Source of the DNA: an uncultured virus (IMG/VR IMGVR_UViG_3300030098_004604)
Lineage: Duplodnaviria > Heunggongvirae > Uroviricota > Caudoviricetes
DNA: 64,000 bases
Reading direction: 5' to 3' (one strand)
IMG/VR virus record: IMGVR_UViG_3300030098_004604
Location: 1 to 64,000 of that record
Below the pieces are notes generated by a model that did no database searches, had not been told where the DNA came from, and worked only from the letters and a program-made list of their open reading frames with translations. Both the position numbers and the translations under genes were made by a program. Below are positions 19,284 to 29,258 of this stretch, piece after piece. The stretch's first letter is position 1. Each line of letters starts with the position of its first letter.

Positions 19284-19738
19284 AACGCAAAAATACAAGA
19301 CGCTTTGATCCTCGTTACTTTATGGACGAGAAGACCGAGAAGCCAAAAGTAATCAAAGAAGCAGCAGAAGAGACTGACTGGACTAGAGTGACAGGACTCG
19401 GCGACGACCCATCCTCCCACCCAGATAAACAAGAGATTGTGCAGAAATGCTGGCACAAAACTAAGCATCTGAAGAAGGGTGAGTTTGTTACAGCATTCAA
19501 TGCGTGCATGGAAGAAGCCCTGCTATCCATGGCAGAGGGTCTTGGTGACGTCGGAATGTACGACTTCAGTAGCGGCAAAGCTAAGCGTGTTACACCCACG
19601 TATATAGCCCGATCAACTGATAAACACGATTGGGTTCAAGAAGCAGCAAACGCATTATCAGAGGAACCGCCGAATGTCGAAGAGGCACTTGAAGCCCTCA
19701 ACAACGAACTCGAACTGCGCAGCCGCTCGCCCAAATAA
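19280..19738 (+). CDS. Hypothetical protein, RKNTRRxDPRYF-leader family
   Basis: MKRKNTRRFDPRYFMDEK shared with 13386. Confidence 0.7.
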   Translation: MKRKNTRRFDPRYFMDEKTEKPKVIKEAAEETDWTRVTGLGDDPSSHPDKQEIVQKCWHKTKHLKKGEFVTAFNACMEEALLSMAEGLGDVGMYDFSSGKAKRVTPTYIARSTDKHDWVQEAANALSEEPPNVEEALEALNNELELRSRSPK

Positions 19739-19751
19739 CTAACAAAAATGA

Positions 19752-21335
19752 ATGACTTTTCAATTAGACAAGAAACAAAGAGTAAAGGAAATATTAAAGT
19801 GCGGTAAGGATCCTGCTTACTTCTTGAAGACGTATGCCCGTATATCACACCCGATGCACGGGCTTATTCTTTTTAATACTTATGACTTTCAAGATGATCT
19901 CCTCACAGACTTTAATGACTATCGCTTTAATGTAATCCTCAAAGCGCGCCAGCTTGGTATCTCTACAATTACCGCTGGCTACATCGTATGGATGATGCTC
20001 TTCCATCGCGATAAAGCTGTACTTGTTATGGCCACCAAGTTTGCCACAGCAGGAAACTTAGTTAACAAGGTCAAGAAGATTATGAAGAATCTCCCTGATT
20101 GGATTCGTATTGCCGATATTGATATTGATAATAGAACGTCGTTTATCTTGTCTAATGGTTCTTCGATTAAGGCCGCCTCCACTTCTGGTGATGCCGGTCG
20201 TTCGGAAGCTTTGTCGCTTTTGGTTCTTGATGAGGCAGCCCACATTGAAGGTTTGGAAGAGTTGTGGACAGGTTTGTATCCAACACTTTCGACAGGTGGT
20301 CGCTGCATTGCGCTTTCGACCCCAAACGGCGTTGGTAACTGGTTCCACAAGACGTGCATGGATGCAGACGCAGGTGCCAACAATTTCAATTTGACAACAT
20401 TGATGTGGGATGTACACCCAGAACGGGATGAAGAGTGGTTTAAGAAAGAAACCAAGAACATGTCTAAGCGCCAGATTGCGCAGGAGCTAGAATGCAACTT
20501 CAACACATCCGGCGACACAGTTATAGATCCAGAAGATATGCAGTGGCTGCTAGCCAACGTAAAAGAGCCAAAGTACAGAACGGGGTTTGATAGAAACTTT
20601 TGGATTTGGGAGGAGTTCGATCCTTCATGCAATTATTTAATGGTTGCCGATGTCGCCCGGGGCGATGGTGAGGATTTTTCAACCTTCCATATTATCAAAT
20701 TAGAGACCTTGGAGGTTGTCGGAGAATACCAAGGGAAGCTAACACCAGATATGTTTGCTGCTATGTTAAACCAAACAGCACGAGAGTTTGGCAACTGCAT
20801 GCTGGTGGTAGAAAATAATAATATTGGCTACACAGTTTTGGATAAGCTGATAGAATATGAGTATCCCAACATATATTTTTCCATAAAGTCAACTCATGAA
20901 TATATTGAACAATATCAAGCGGAGCATCGCACGTCGGCGGTGCCGGGGTTTTCGACAAGCGTGAAGACCCGTCCGCTCATCATTGCGAAATTAGAAGAGT
21001 TTATAAGAAACAAACTAATTAAACTATATTCTGCTCGTACTATCAACGAAATGAAGACTTTTATATGGAGGAACGGCAAGCCTCAAGCTATGAAGGGGTA
21101 TCACGACGATCTTATTATGGCCTTGGCCATTGCGTGCTGGGTTAGAGACACGGCCCTGCAGGCAAATGCCCGAGACCTTAATTATCAAAAAGCATTTTCA
21201 GATGCCATCATAACTTCTAGAACAAGCATGAACACACAAATTAAAGGACAACACGGCTACAAGAAAGATAACATCTTAGATCAGATAAACGAGGCTCGTC
21301 AAACATACGACGAATTTAAATGGATTATAAAGTGA
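19752..21335 (+). CDS. terL: Terminase large subunit (T4 gp17-like)
   Basis: LKARQLGIST Walker A, LLVLDEAAH Walker B, STPNG, nuclease ADVARG and DDLIMA. Confidence 0.95.
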   Translation: MTFQLDKKQRVKEILKCGKDPAYFLKTYARISHPMHGLILFNTYDFQDDLLTDFNDYRFNVILKARQLGISTITAGYIVWMMLFHRDKAVLVMATKFATAGNLVNKVKKIMKNLPDWIRIADIDIDNRTSFILSNGSSIKAASTSGDAGRSEALSLLVLDEAAHIEGLEELWTGLYPTLSTGGRCIALSTPNGVGNWFHKTCMDADAGANNFNLTTLMWDVHPERDEEWFKKETKNMSKRQIAQELECNFNTSGDTVIDPEDMQWLLANVKEPKYRTGFDRNFWIWEEFDPSCNYLMVADVARGDGEDFSTFHIIKLETLEVVGEYQGKLTPDMFAAMLNQTAREFGNCMLVVENNNIGYTVLDKLIEYEYPNIYFSIKSTHEYIEQYQAEHRTSAVPGFSTSVKTRPLIIAKLEEFIRNKLIKLYSARTINEMKTFIWRNGKPQAMKGYHDDLIMALAIACWVRDTALQANARDLNYQKAFSDAIITSRTSMNTQIKGQHGYKKDNILDQINEARQTYDEFKWIIK

Positions 21336-21343
21336 GGAAATAG

Positions 21344-23365
21344 ATGGCACCACCCAATAGAAATGGAAGAAACCCAGCGAACGCACAATCAGAGCTTTTT
21401 AAGGCTCTAACAAGGTTGTTCTCTGGTCCGATTATTAATTATCGTTCGCAGTCTGGACGCCGTATTAGGCGCCAGCACCTTGATAAGTTTGGCTCGCGGT
21501 TTAAGTCAGCTTCGGGACAACAGTTTAAGAAGTCCCTGTACAACCCTTTAGATGTTGTAGCTACAGATGCCATTGCCAACCAGCGTAGAACTGAGCGCTA
21601 CGTGGATTTTGATCAGATGGAGTACATGCCTGAGATTGCCTCGACATTGGATATCTATTCTGATGAGATGACAACGTACTCGCAGTTGCGCCCAATGCTT
21701 AATATTGACTGCACAAACGAAGAGATTAAGGCCGTCCTCACAATCCTCTTTGACCAAGTTTTAAACCTTCAGTACAACTTATTCGGCTGGAGTCGAACCA
21801 TGTGCAAGTATGGCGACTTCTTCTTGTATCTGGACATTGATGACAAGTACGGTGTGAAGTCTGTTATTGCCCTTCCTCCACAAGAGATTGAGAGAATGGA
21901 AGGTAAGGATGCAACCAACCCCAATTACGTACAGTTCCAATGGAACTCAGCTGGCATGACCTTCGAGAACTGGCAGGTTTGCCACTTCCGTATTTTAGGA
22001 AACGACAAGTACCTTCCCTACGGCTCTTCTATTCTTGAGCCTGCACGACGCATTTGGCGCCAGCTTACACTGATGGAAGATGCCATGATGGCTTATCGTG
22101 TTGTTCGTTCGTCTGAACGCCGCGTCTTCAAGATTGATGTTGGTGCAATTCCACCGCAAGACGTCGAACAGTACATGCAAAAGATTGTGACACAACTTAA
22201 GCGACACTCTGTTGTTGATCCAACTACCGGCCGCATTGACCTTCGCTATAATCCAATGAGCATCGAAGAAGACTATTTCATCCCTGTCCGCGCCGGTTCT
22301 GCCACAGAGATTCAATCTCTCGCCGGCGCACAGAACATTACAGCGATTGACGACATTAAATATCTGCGCGATAAGCTGTTCTCTGCTCTTAAAATTCCTG
22401 CCGCATATCTTTCGATGGGTGAAGAAGCCGCAGAAGATAAGACAACCCTCGCACAGAAAGACATTCGTTTCGCGAGAACGGTACAAAGACTTCAGAGAGT
22501 TATCATCGCAGAACTTACAAAGATTGGTATTATCCACCTTTATACGCTTGGATTCCGTGGTGATGACTTGTTAAGCTTTAACCTTTCCCTTAATAACCCT
22601 TCTAAGATTGCCGAGCTTCAAGAGCTTGAGCACTGGAAGCAGAAGTTTGACATTGCCGCTTCTGCTACCGAGGGCTACTTCTCTCGCCGCTGGGTTATGG
22701 AGCATGTATTCGGAATGTCGAACGAAGACTTCCAGCGCAACCAGCGTGAGATGTATTATGATCGCAAGCACGATGCAGCATTGCAGGCCGTTGCCGAAGC
22801 TGCAGCCGCAGCAGGCGCTGGCATGGCCGGCGGTGGCATGGGCGGAGACTTAGGAGGCGATCTTGGAGGCGGCATGGGCGGTGATCTTGGAGGTCCCGCA
22901 GAGATGCCCGCTGGAGACACTGGTCCTGAGCCCGTCGGTGATGCTGGAGCAGAACCCGCTGGTGACGCCGGTGGTGGTGATGACTCGGCCCTTCTGGCAG
23001 TTCCCCCCGGAAGTCGTGATGTACGCAAGTATGAGAAGTCACAATACAAGGCGAAGAACGGCACCAACGACTATCGTCAAGGCCGAGGTCCTCGCAAACG
23101 CTCAAACGATGCGTCCGCCGGGAACCAGAAAGCCAGTGGTGGTACTCGCAATGTATTTCCCGGCGCCCGTGACATAACCAACCTAGCAAAGCCAATTGGC
23201 GTCAATGTGGGTATTTACGAACAGGAAGACCCTACTTATAAGTTGAGGGAAAGCTCAGAGGAAGATAAACTATTTGAAGTAAACGAATCAATCAGAACGT
23301 TACTTCAGGGCCTCGAAACCAAAGAAAGCATTTTAATGGAGCAAAAAGATGAAAACAAGGCATAA
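21344..23365 (+). CDS. Portal protein (T4 gp20-like) with Gly/Asp-rich C-terminal extension
   Basis: LMEDAMMAYRVVRSSERRVFKIDVG, EDYFIP, DDIKYLRDKLFSALKIP motifs; follows TerL. Confidence 0.93.
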   Translation: MAPPNRNGRNPANAQSELFKALTRLFSGPIINYRSQSGRRIRRQHLDKFGSRFKSASGQQFKKSLYNPLDVVATDAIANQRRTERYVDFDQMEYMPEIASTLDIYSDEMTTYSQLRPMLNIDCTNEEIKAVLTILFDQVLNLQYNLFGWSRTMCKYGDFFLYLDIDDKYGVKSVIALPPQEIERMEGKDATNPNYVQFQWNSAGMTFENWQVCHFRILGNDKYLPYGSSILEPARRIWRQLTLMEDAMMAYRVVRSSERRVFKIDVGAIPPQDVEQYMQKIVTQLKRHSVVDPTTGRIDLRYNPMSIEEDYFIPVRAGSATEIQSLAGAQNITAIDDIKYLRDKLFSALKIPAAYLSMGEEAAEDKTTLAQKDIRFARTVQRLQRVIIAELTKIGIIHLYTLGFRGDDLLSFNLSLNNPSKIAELQELEHWKQKFDIAASATEGYFSRRWVMEHVFGMSNEDFQRNQREMYYDRKHDAALQAVAEAAAAAGAGMAGGGMGGDLGGDLGGGMGGDLGGPAEMPAGDTGPEPVGDAGAEPAGDAGGGDDSALLAVPPGSRDVRKYEKSQYKAKNGTNDYRQGRGPRKRSNDASAGNQKASGGTRNVFPGARDITNLAKPIGVNVGIYEQEDPTYKLRESSEEDKLFEVNESIRTLLQGLETKESILMEQKDENKA

Positions 23366-24179
23366 TAAAAAGAGAAACACCGCGTTTGTTTACGAGGCTC
23401 TTGTCAGAGAAGTTACGGTTGCCGTCTTAAAAGAGAACTCTGACCGTCGAGATAAGGTTGTTACGATTATCAAAAAGCATTTTGCAGATGGTTCGCCACT
23501 TAGACAGCAGTTGGAGTGCTATCGTTCTTTGTATGAAGTGCGCGGCGTTTCCGAGAATACTGCCAAAAGAATCCTCAACGAGGCTAAGATGGCCAGCCGG
23601 CTACTTGACGCACACGGCCTTTTTATCAGCCAAAGCGACCTGATAGATGACGTCAATAAGGAAGTGGACCCGCAAGTTTTCAACAACTTTGTCCCGAACT
23701 ACAAGACACTGGCGACCATCTCTCAGATGTTTTCCCCTAAGACATCCCCAAGAGACAGGGTTATCTTGGAGAATCAGATTATCAAAGCTATGACATCTCC
23801 CCCTCCTCCGAAGGTTAATGTTGCGGGCATCGATAATGTCACATATAAGACATTTGTCGGCAAGTTTAACAACAAGTATGGCGACGAGTTATTGCAAGAG
23901 CAGAAAGAACTGCTGACTCGTTATATTTCGTCATTCAGCGATAACGCCTTGGAGCTTAAGATGTATCTTAACACTGAGATTGCACGCTTAAAAGAGAAGA
24001 TGGTTGAAGCAAAAGCCATTGAAGATATTAAAAATGATGAAGATATGCTTAAGAAGGCTGAAGCTGTTGTTGAGCGCCTTGCGTCATATGCCAAGAGCGA
24101 GATTACAGAGGAGGTTCTTATGACCGTCCTTAAGACCCAATCATTAGTTGAGGAAATTTACAATGGCAATAACGATTAG
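23349..24179 (+). CDS. Head-module hypothetical protein
   Basis: 276-aa helical ORF overlapping the portal gene end. Confidence 0.65.
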   Translation: MKTRHNKKRNTAFVYEALVREVTVAVLKENSDRRDKVVTIIKKHFADGSPLRQQLECYRSLYEVRGVSENTAKRILNEAKMASRLLDAHGLFISQSDLIDDVNKEVDPQVFNNFVPNYKTLATISQMFSPKTSPRDRVILENQIIKAMTSPPPPKVNVAGIDNVTYKTFVGKFNNKYGDELLQEQKELLTRYISSFSDNALELKMYLNTEIARLKEKMVEAKAIEDIKNDEDMLKKAEAVVERLASYAKSEITEEVLMTVLKTQSLVEEIYNGNND

Positions 24180-24705
24180 AGTTGGAGACAAGGCTAACAG
24201 AAAGTTAGTCACCCTTGAGATGGACATCCGCAAGAGCTTAAGCGGAGACTTGATGATTTTTGATCATGGTGATATTGACATTGTGCTTTCTGCTCAGCAG
24301 AACAAAGTTATTGCATTCCCCAAAGAGGTCATCTCAGATTATGTGTATGGAGCCCAGAACAGGCTCTTTACTTTTTTACGCAAGAGAGGGATCGTCGTGG
24401 CTGAATCTATTCAGGCAGGCGCCTTCTATGGTTCATTCGAAGCAACCATGCAACAGCCGAACATCGAAGGAATGAGTGCGGCCAAGATGGCACTTGTCAA
24501 TATTTCGAACTTTATTACAGAAGAGCGCCCCTACTTTGAGTCCACCGAGGCGATTGTGTCAATGGCTGATGATGAGTATATTGAGCCGGATAATGAGGAC
24601 TCCACCGAGTTGGGTGAGGTGCCGCAGGCCGTGAAGCAGGGCTCCATCCGCAAGGGTTTCGTGAGAGATCCTTACGCTATGAATTACCTTTATACATTAG
24701 AATAG
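24163..24705 (+). CDS. Hypothetical protein
   Basis: SD GAGGA before ATG 24163. Confidence 0.6.
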   Translation: MAITIRVGDKANRKLVTLEMDIRKSLSGDLMIFDHGDIDIVLSAQQNKVIAFPKEVISDYVYGAQNRLFTFLRKRGIVVAESIQAGAFYGSFEATMQQPNIEGMSAAKMALVNISNFITEERPYFESTEAIVSMADDEYIEPDNEDSTELGEVPQAVKQGSIRKGFVRDPYAMNYLYTLE

Positions 24706-24712
24706 GAAGCAA

Positions 24713-25048
24713 ATGGAACTTATAACCTTTACGCTCATAGCGTACGGACTAACGCAAATTTTAGTCTATAGTGATATGCCGCTCATAAAACGCTTACGCC
24801 CATCCAAAGAGGCAGGTCGCGGCTATGGGAAGGTGTTCCACTGCCCAATGTGCATGGGTTTTCATGTTGGTTGGTTTTTAATGCTTCTTTCTCCGTTTAC
24901 AGAACTATTTAATTTTGACATTACTGTAACTAATTTCTTTCTTCTTGGGTGGCTCTCGTCTGGGACATCGTATGTTTTGAACATGGTCTTCGGAGATAAG
25001 GGAATACAGTATTCACAAACTATGGAGATGACCGGTCATGAAGATTGA
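24713..25048 (+). CDS. Small membrane protein with CPMC motif (DUF1360-like)
   Basis: Hydrophobic segments with central CPMCMGFHVG. Confidence 0.55.
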   Translation: MELITFTLIAYGLTQILVYSDMPLIKRLRPSKEAGRGYGKVFHCPMCMGFHVGWFLMLLSPFTELFNFDITVTNFFLLGWLSSGTSYVLNMVFGDKGIQYSQTMEMTGHED

Positions 25049-25358
25049 CAAAAAGAGACTTAGACAGATTATAAAAGAAGAAATTCAGAAGTTTGAAGAG
25101 CGCGTCGGTGGCGGTGACCGCTATTCCACCCAAGATGCCAATACTGCTCTGCAGCAACAGCGCGGCAGCCAAGGCGTTGGTGCCGCCGGCATTAATGATG
25201 CAGAGCGTGGAGTTATGATGGGACTTATGAATGCCCTTAAGGCCGCTGCCGCAAAAGGTAACATCACTAGTGGCGCCGCAGCGGCACAGATTGAAAGGCT
25301 AATGGGTATGCTAGAGAAAGTGGCGGGCGCCCCCGCAGAACAGGAGCAAGGACAATGA
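25038..25358 (+). CDS. MKIT-leader protein
   Basis: MKIDKKRLRQIIKEEI leader. Confidence 0.7.
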   Translation: MKIDKKRLRQIIKEEIQKFEERVGGGDRYSTQDANTALQQQRGSQGVGAAGINDAERGVMMGLMNALKAAAAKGNITSGAAAAQIERLMGMLEKVAGAPAEQEQGQ

Positions 25359-25444
25359 ACACCACATGGATTAAGAAGTGGATGCTTCAACCTGTCAGAC
25401 TTTGTAAGTCTGGCTGTATAATCGCGCGGGTAACGCCCGCATAA
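25355..25444 (+). CDS. 29-aa peptide MNTTWIKKWMLQPVRLCKSGCIIARVTPA
   Basis: ATGA overlap with the upstream stop; fills the gap before 25463. Confidence 0.4.
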   Translation: MNTTWIKKWMLQPVRLCKSGCIIARVTPA

Positions 25445-25462
25445 GAACAAGGAACAAAAGAG

Positions 25463-25789
25463 ATGAAGATTAACAAATCACTATTGCAAAAGATCATACA
25501 AGAAGAGCTTGAGGCAGTCCTTGATGAATTTCTGGGACTTCCCAAGTTGAAGGGTCTCACTAAGCGTGTGCAGGGCACCACCCTCGCAAACAAAACTGCA
25601 GAAGAAGAATGCGAAGCATCGCGTGATTTTGCCATGCGCAAAAAGAAAGTTACTTACCCCGAGACCGGCACTGTTGAAGAGTTTGCTAATCAGCGCGCCG
25701 CTAAGGAGTGGCTGAAAAAATGCAAACCAGACGCCCACCGAAAAATGACACGCTCTCGGACCCATGACCCCGCCGATACGGATGAATAA
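25463..25789 (+). CDS. MKIT-leader protein
   Basis: MKINKSLLQKIIQEEL leader. Confidence 0.7.
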   Translation: MKINKSLLQKIIQEELEAVLDEFLGLPKLKGLTKRVQGTTLANKTAEEECEASRDFAMRKKKVTYPETGTVEEFANQRAAKEWLKKCKPDAHRKMTRSRTHDPADTDE

Positions 25790-25805
25790 AACAGAGGATT
25801 AACAA

Positions 25806-26411
25806 ATGAGCAAGAAAGTACTAAGAGAATATTACGCACTGTGTGAGGGAGGAGTTTGCCAAGACCTTCTTACCGAACAAGAGAAGCAGTTCATCGCCGA
25901 CGGAGGAATGATTCTGTCTGGTATTATGCAGAAGTCCGACACCGTTAACGGCAATGGCCGCGTGTATCCTCACAACGTTTTAATGAAAGAGATGAAGAAC
26001 TACCAAAAGCTTGTCAAAGAATGCCGAGCACTTGGAGAACTAGACCATCCAGAAGATTCTGTCATTAATCTTAAGAACGCATCCCACATGATTACAGAAG
26101 TGTGGTGGGACGGCAATGCAGTGATGGGAAAAGCTAAAGTGCTTGATACCCCATCTGGTAAAATTCTACGCTCTCTGGTGGACTCTGGCGTTACGCTAGG
26201 TATATCTTCGAGAGGTATGGGGTCTGTTACTGAGTCTAATGGGCAGACAACCGTAGAAGATGACTTCCAACTGATTTGTTTTGACTTTGTTTCGGAGCCA
26301 TCTACTCCGGGCGCCTTCATGATGAAAGAGGCCAAGGACCACACTAACCAAGTGTTCACCAAAGCTGATCGCATCAATCGCCTCTTAAACGAGGTGCTTG
26401 AGGATGAGTAA
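25806..26411 (+). CDS. Prohead maturation protease (T4 gp21-like)
   Basis: NGNGRVYP, ALGELDHP, GISSRGMGS, DFVSEPSTPGA. Confidence 0.95.
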   Translation: MSKKVLREYYALCEGGVCQDLLTEQEKQFIADGGMILSGIMQKSDTVNGNGRVYPHNVLMKEMKNYQKLVKECRALGELDHPEDSVINLKNASHMITEVWWDGNAVMGKAKVLDTPSGKILRSLVDSGVTLGISSRGMGSVTESNGQTTVEDDFQLICFDFVSEPSTPGAFMMKEAKDHTNQVFTKADRINRLLNEVLEDE

Positions 26412-28542
26412 CTGGTCGAGCTATAAAGGGCAAAAGCTTTTAACCGAAGGGTGGCGTTCCTACCTTAAGGGTGATTTGTATTCCGGCGAGAAAGTTGAAG
26501 AGCTTTTTGGCATGGGCAAGAAGAAGCCTCAAGTTCGAGGCTCAGTTTCCTTAAACATGCTGTCAGAGGCAACTGGTTGGGCATCCGAAGTCATTCAAGA
26601 TGTGAGGAAAGGGCCCGATCAGCAGCCCGAAGGAGGCAGAGACTGGCACGAAAGGAATGCACAACTAGCCCAGAATCCACAATTGATGGAATTGGCCCAA
26701 AATACCGATGAAGTGGCAATGATCACCGAGTTCGAAAATATGGTCACTGGCCAGCAATTTGAATTGATTAGTGAGCAATCTCCGTTCGAGCGCGACGATT
26801 ATCGCGGCGGAACAGCCCAAACAGGACATGTCCGCGATCCAGAAGCAGAAGAAGGCGAAGACCTTCCATTAACATTCGAGCCCGATGGTTACGAGAACAT
26901 TACCAACTTTATCGAGATTATCAAAGATAGTCCCGAACACGTAGAGAAGTTTGTTACAGAACTTAAGCGCGCCGGCTTCTCCAATTGCGTAGACACGCTT
27001 GGTTGTAAGAAGCCTGCTGTTGAGCCCGGTGCCACGGGACTTGTTCGCAAATTCAGAGGCCCCGGCGGCGTCAATGTCTCTGGTGTCGGCGGCGAAGATG
27101 GAGGGTTAAAAGGTGGCGCTAAGATTGACAAGAAGAAAGAGCCTGAAAAAGTCAAAACTCAGCAAGGCCAAGCTGCTATCTTGGTACAACGCGACGGCGC
27201 CGTCGTTGCCACCGATACAGATGGTGATGGAAAGATTGATGACGTTATACCCATGGTTGAAAGGGTGCTGGAGCTTTTACGCCAACTTTGTGCATACGTG
27301 GTGTTTCCCGAAGAGCAACGCGGCGAGGCAATGGAACAGCTTGAACGTGCTATCCGTCCAGCACTCGAAGATGCCGGCACAGATGAGCTTGGACAACTGA
27401 TTAAAGAACTGGAAGAAGAGATTGCACAACAGGGCGAGTGTGTGGTGCCGGCTCAAATTGGTGGCGACCCTTCCGCAGATCAGGTTGGCGGCCCCGGCGA
27501 CGTGAAGCAGCTTCAGGGCCCTGATGAGATTCTCATTGACTATCAAGATTCGTTGAATCGTGCTATGGAAATGGCTCGCACTGGCGGCATAGAAGACTTT
27601 GAGAAAGATGACTTCGATCTGATTTATATGGCGATGGCCGACTGTAACGATGAAAGTTATGTTAAATTCGGAGAACCGTCAGAATCATCCCCAATGGCCC
27701 GTGGAAAGTGGGTTAACGAGGCAGTAGATTACGATGGCAAGAAATGCAAGGATTTAAGAGAACTCGGGGCATCCCCGCAGTTTATCCACCTTGTTGCAAA
27801 AGCAATATCGGATGTTACTGATGGGATTGAGTATAAAGAGTTCTTCCTTAATCTTCCCGGCGCTGAGATCGATGATGACGGAGGAGGCAAAGGCGAAGAC
27901 GATGATCAAGGAAAGAAGAAAGGCGAAGACGATGATCAAGGCGGTGGCGAAGACGATGGTCAAGGCGGTGGTGAGGACGAAACAAAGCAGTCGAAATGCT
28001 CGCTGCCACAAAATTGGAAACCCGAAGGAGAGAAGGCCACCGACGCATGGGAGGAGCTTCAGGCGGCATACAAATTGGTGGGTGGTGAAAACTTTGAAGC
28101 TGATTGGCGAGATTTTGCTGAACAGCTTTGCGATGTCAAGAAGAAACTTGGCTCAGCCCAAGCCGAGGTTCAAGAGAACAAGGTGGACGCCAGAACCATC
28201 GCCGCTATACTGGTCGGCACCAGCAAAAAGAAGGCTCCCAAGCGCAAGGAGATGGAGAAAGCCTTCAAAGCCATCTTTAACAACGAGGGGACTGGTGGCT
28301 CTACGATCATGAAGGCGCTGCGCAAGATGACAATCAATCGCACGGCGCCGAGCGGTACCGACATAGCAAAACTGATCCACCAGACATGGAGCGCCGTCCG
28401 CATGGGCACTCCCGCCAAAGAATCCCCCGATCAGGCTGAACAGCCGGAAGAACCCCCAGTTCAACAAGCCGCAGAAAGTTTACTTAGAGAATCAACCATC
28501 GATAGATGGCAGCAACTTGCTGGAATTAAAAAGAGAGTATAA
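26404..28542 (+). CDS. Large acidic putative internal head protein
   Basis: N-terminal LLTEGWRSYL, GEDDDQG repeats, C-terminal RWQQLAGIK shared with the scaffold. Confidence 0.65.
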   Translation: MSNWSSYKGQKLLTEGWRSYLKGDLYSGEKVEELFGMGKKKPQVRGSVSLNMLSEATGWASEVIQDVRKGPDQQPEGGRDWHERNAQLAQNPQLMELAQNTDEVAMITEFENMVTGQQFELISEQSPFERDDYRGGTAQTGHVRDPEAEEGEDLPLTFEPDGYENITNFIEIIKDSPEHVEKFVTELKRAGFSNCVDTLGCKKPAVEPGATGLVRKFRGPGGVNVSGVGGEDGGLKGGAKIDKKKEPEKVKTQQGQAAILVQRDGAVVATDTDGDGKIDDVIPMVERVLELLRQLCAYVVFPEEQRGEAMEQLERAIRPALEDAGTDELGQLIKELEEEIAQQGECVVPAQIGGDPSADQVGGPGDVKQLQGPDEILIDYQDSLNRAMEMARTGGIEDFEKDDFDLIYMAMADCNDESYVKFGEPSESSPMARGKWVNEAVDYDGKKCKDLRELGASPQFIHLVAKAISDVTDGIEYKEFFLNLPGAEIDDDGGGKGEDDDQGKKKGEDDDQGGGEDDGQGGGEDETKQSKCSLPQNWKPEGEKATDAWEELQAAYKLVGGENFEADWRDFAEQLCDVKKKLGSAQAEVQENKVDARTIAAILVGTSKKKAPKRKEMEKAFKAIFNNEGTGGSTIMKALRKMTINRTAPSGTDIAKLIHQTWSAVRMGTPAKESPDQAEQPEEPPVQQAAESLLRESTIDRWQQLAGIKKRV

Positions 28543-28976
28543 TGAAAAAATCAGATTTAAAAGAATTAATTAAACCCATAGTGAAAGAGTGTATCCACGA
28601 GACCCTGATTGAAGAGGGTCTTCTGTCTAATATCGTCGCAGAGGTTGCAAAGGGGATGCAAGGCAACTTAGTTGTCGAGACCACCCAGAGTACAAAAAAC
28701 CCTGACGAAGCCCTATTTAATGAGCGCAAACAAATGAAGCGCAAGACTGAAGATACCCAAAAGAAACTTAAAGAGCATCGGAAGAAACTAATGGACTCTA
28801 TAGGCTCTGACGCATACGGCGGAGTAAACTTGTTCGAAGGCACTGAGCCTATGACAAACTATGACGTGGCCGATCAGAAGCCCGGTACCGTAGACTTGGG
28901 AGATCCGAGAGACGCCGGCGTTGACATCAGCAGCTTGATGGGTGGCGCATCACAAATCTGGAAGGCAATGAAATGA
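28542..28976 (+). CDS. Hypothetical head-module protein
   Basis: MKKSDLKELIKPIVKECIHE N-terminus, related to the leader family. Confidence 0.6.
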   Translation: MKKSDLKELIKPIVKECIHETLIEEGLLSNIVAEVAKGMQGNLVVETTQSTKNPDEALFNERKQMKRKTEDTQKKLKEHRKKLMDSIGSDAYGGVNLFEGTEPMTNYDVADQKPGTVDLGDPRDAGVDISSLMGGASQIWKAMK

Positions 28977-29221
28977 AGAAAAAAGCATCGAACGTCTCGG
29001 TTAAACTTAGGCACTGTGGGAACAACACAGAACGAATGATCCGTAGGTTTATTAAGAAGTGCAAGAAAGAAAAGATTATTGATCAAGTCAAGGACAGGCG
29101 CTATTATAAAAAGCCCTCTGAAGCTAAGCGAGAAAAGCAAAGAAGAGCCGAAAGACTCAGACTTCGCGAAGAAAGAAAAAGACAAAGAGCAATAGAAAGG
29201 CGTAATAGAAAAAATAGATGA
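28973..29221 (+). CDS. rpsU: Phage-encoded ribosomal protein bS21
   Basis: VSVKL...ERMIRRFIKK...IIDQVKDRRYYKKPSEAKR, the bS21 pattern, with a basic tail. Confidence 0.85.
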   Translation: MKKKASNVSVKLRHCGNNTERMIRRFIKKCKKEKIIDQVKDRRYYKKPSEAKREKQRRAERLRLREERKRQRAIERRNRKNR

Positions 29222-29258
29222 CTATTTATATTTGTAAACAAATTTTGGAGGTTTTATA

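Noticed and set aside
27890..27980. Short tandem DNA repeats (GEDDDQG); also portal GGDLGG and tape-measure TALGxNS repeats
   Set aside because: In-frame low-complexity protein repeats with no sign of separate DNA-level function
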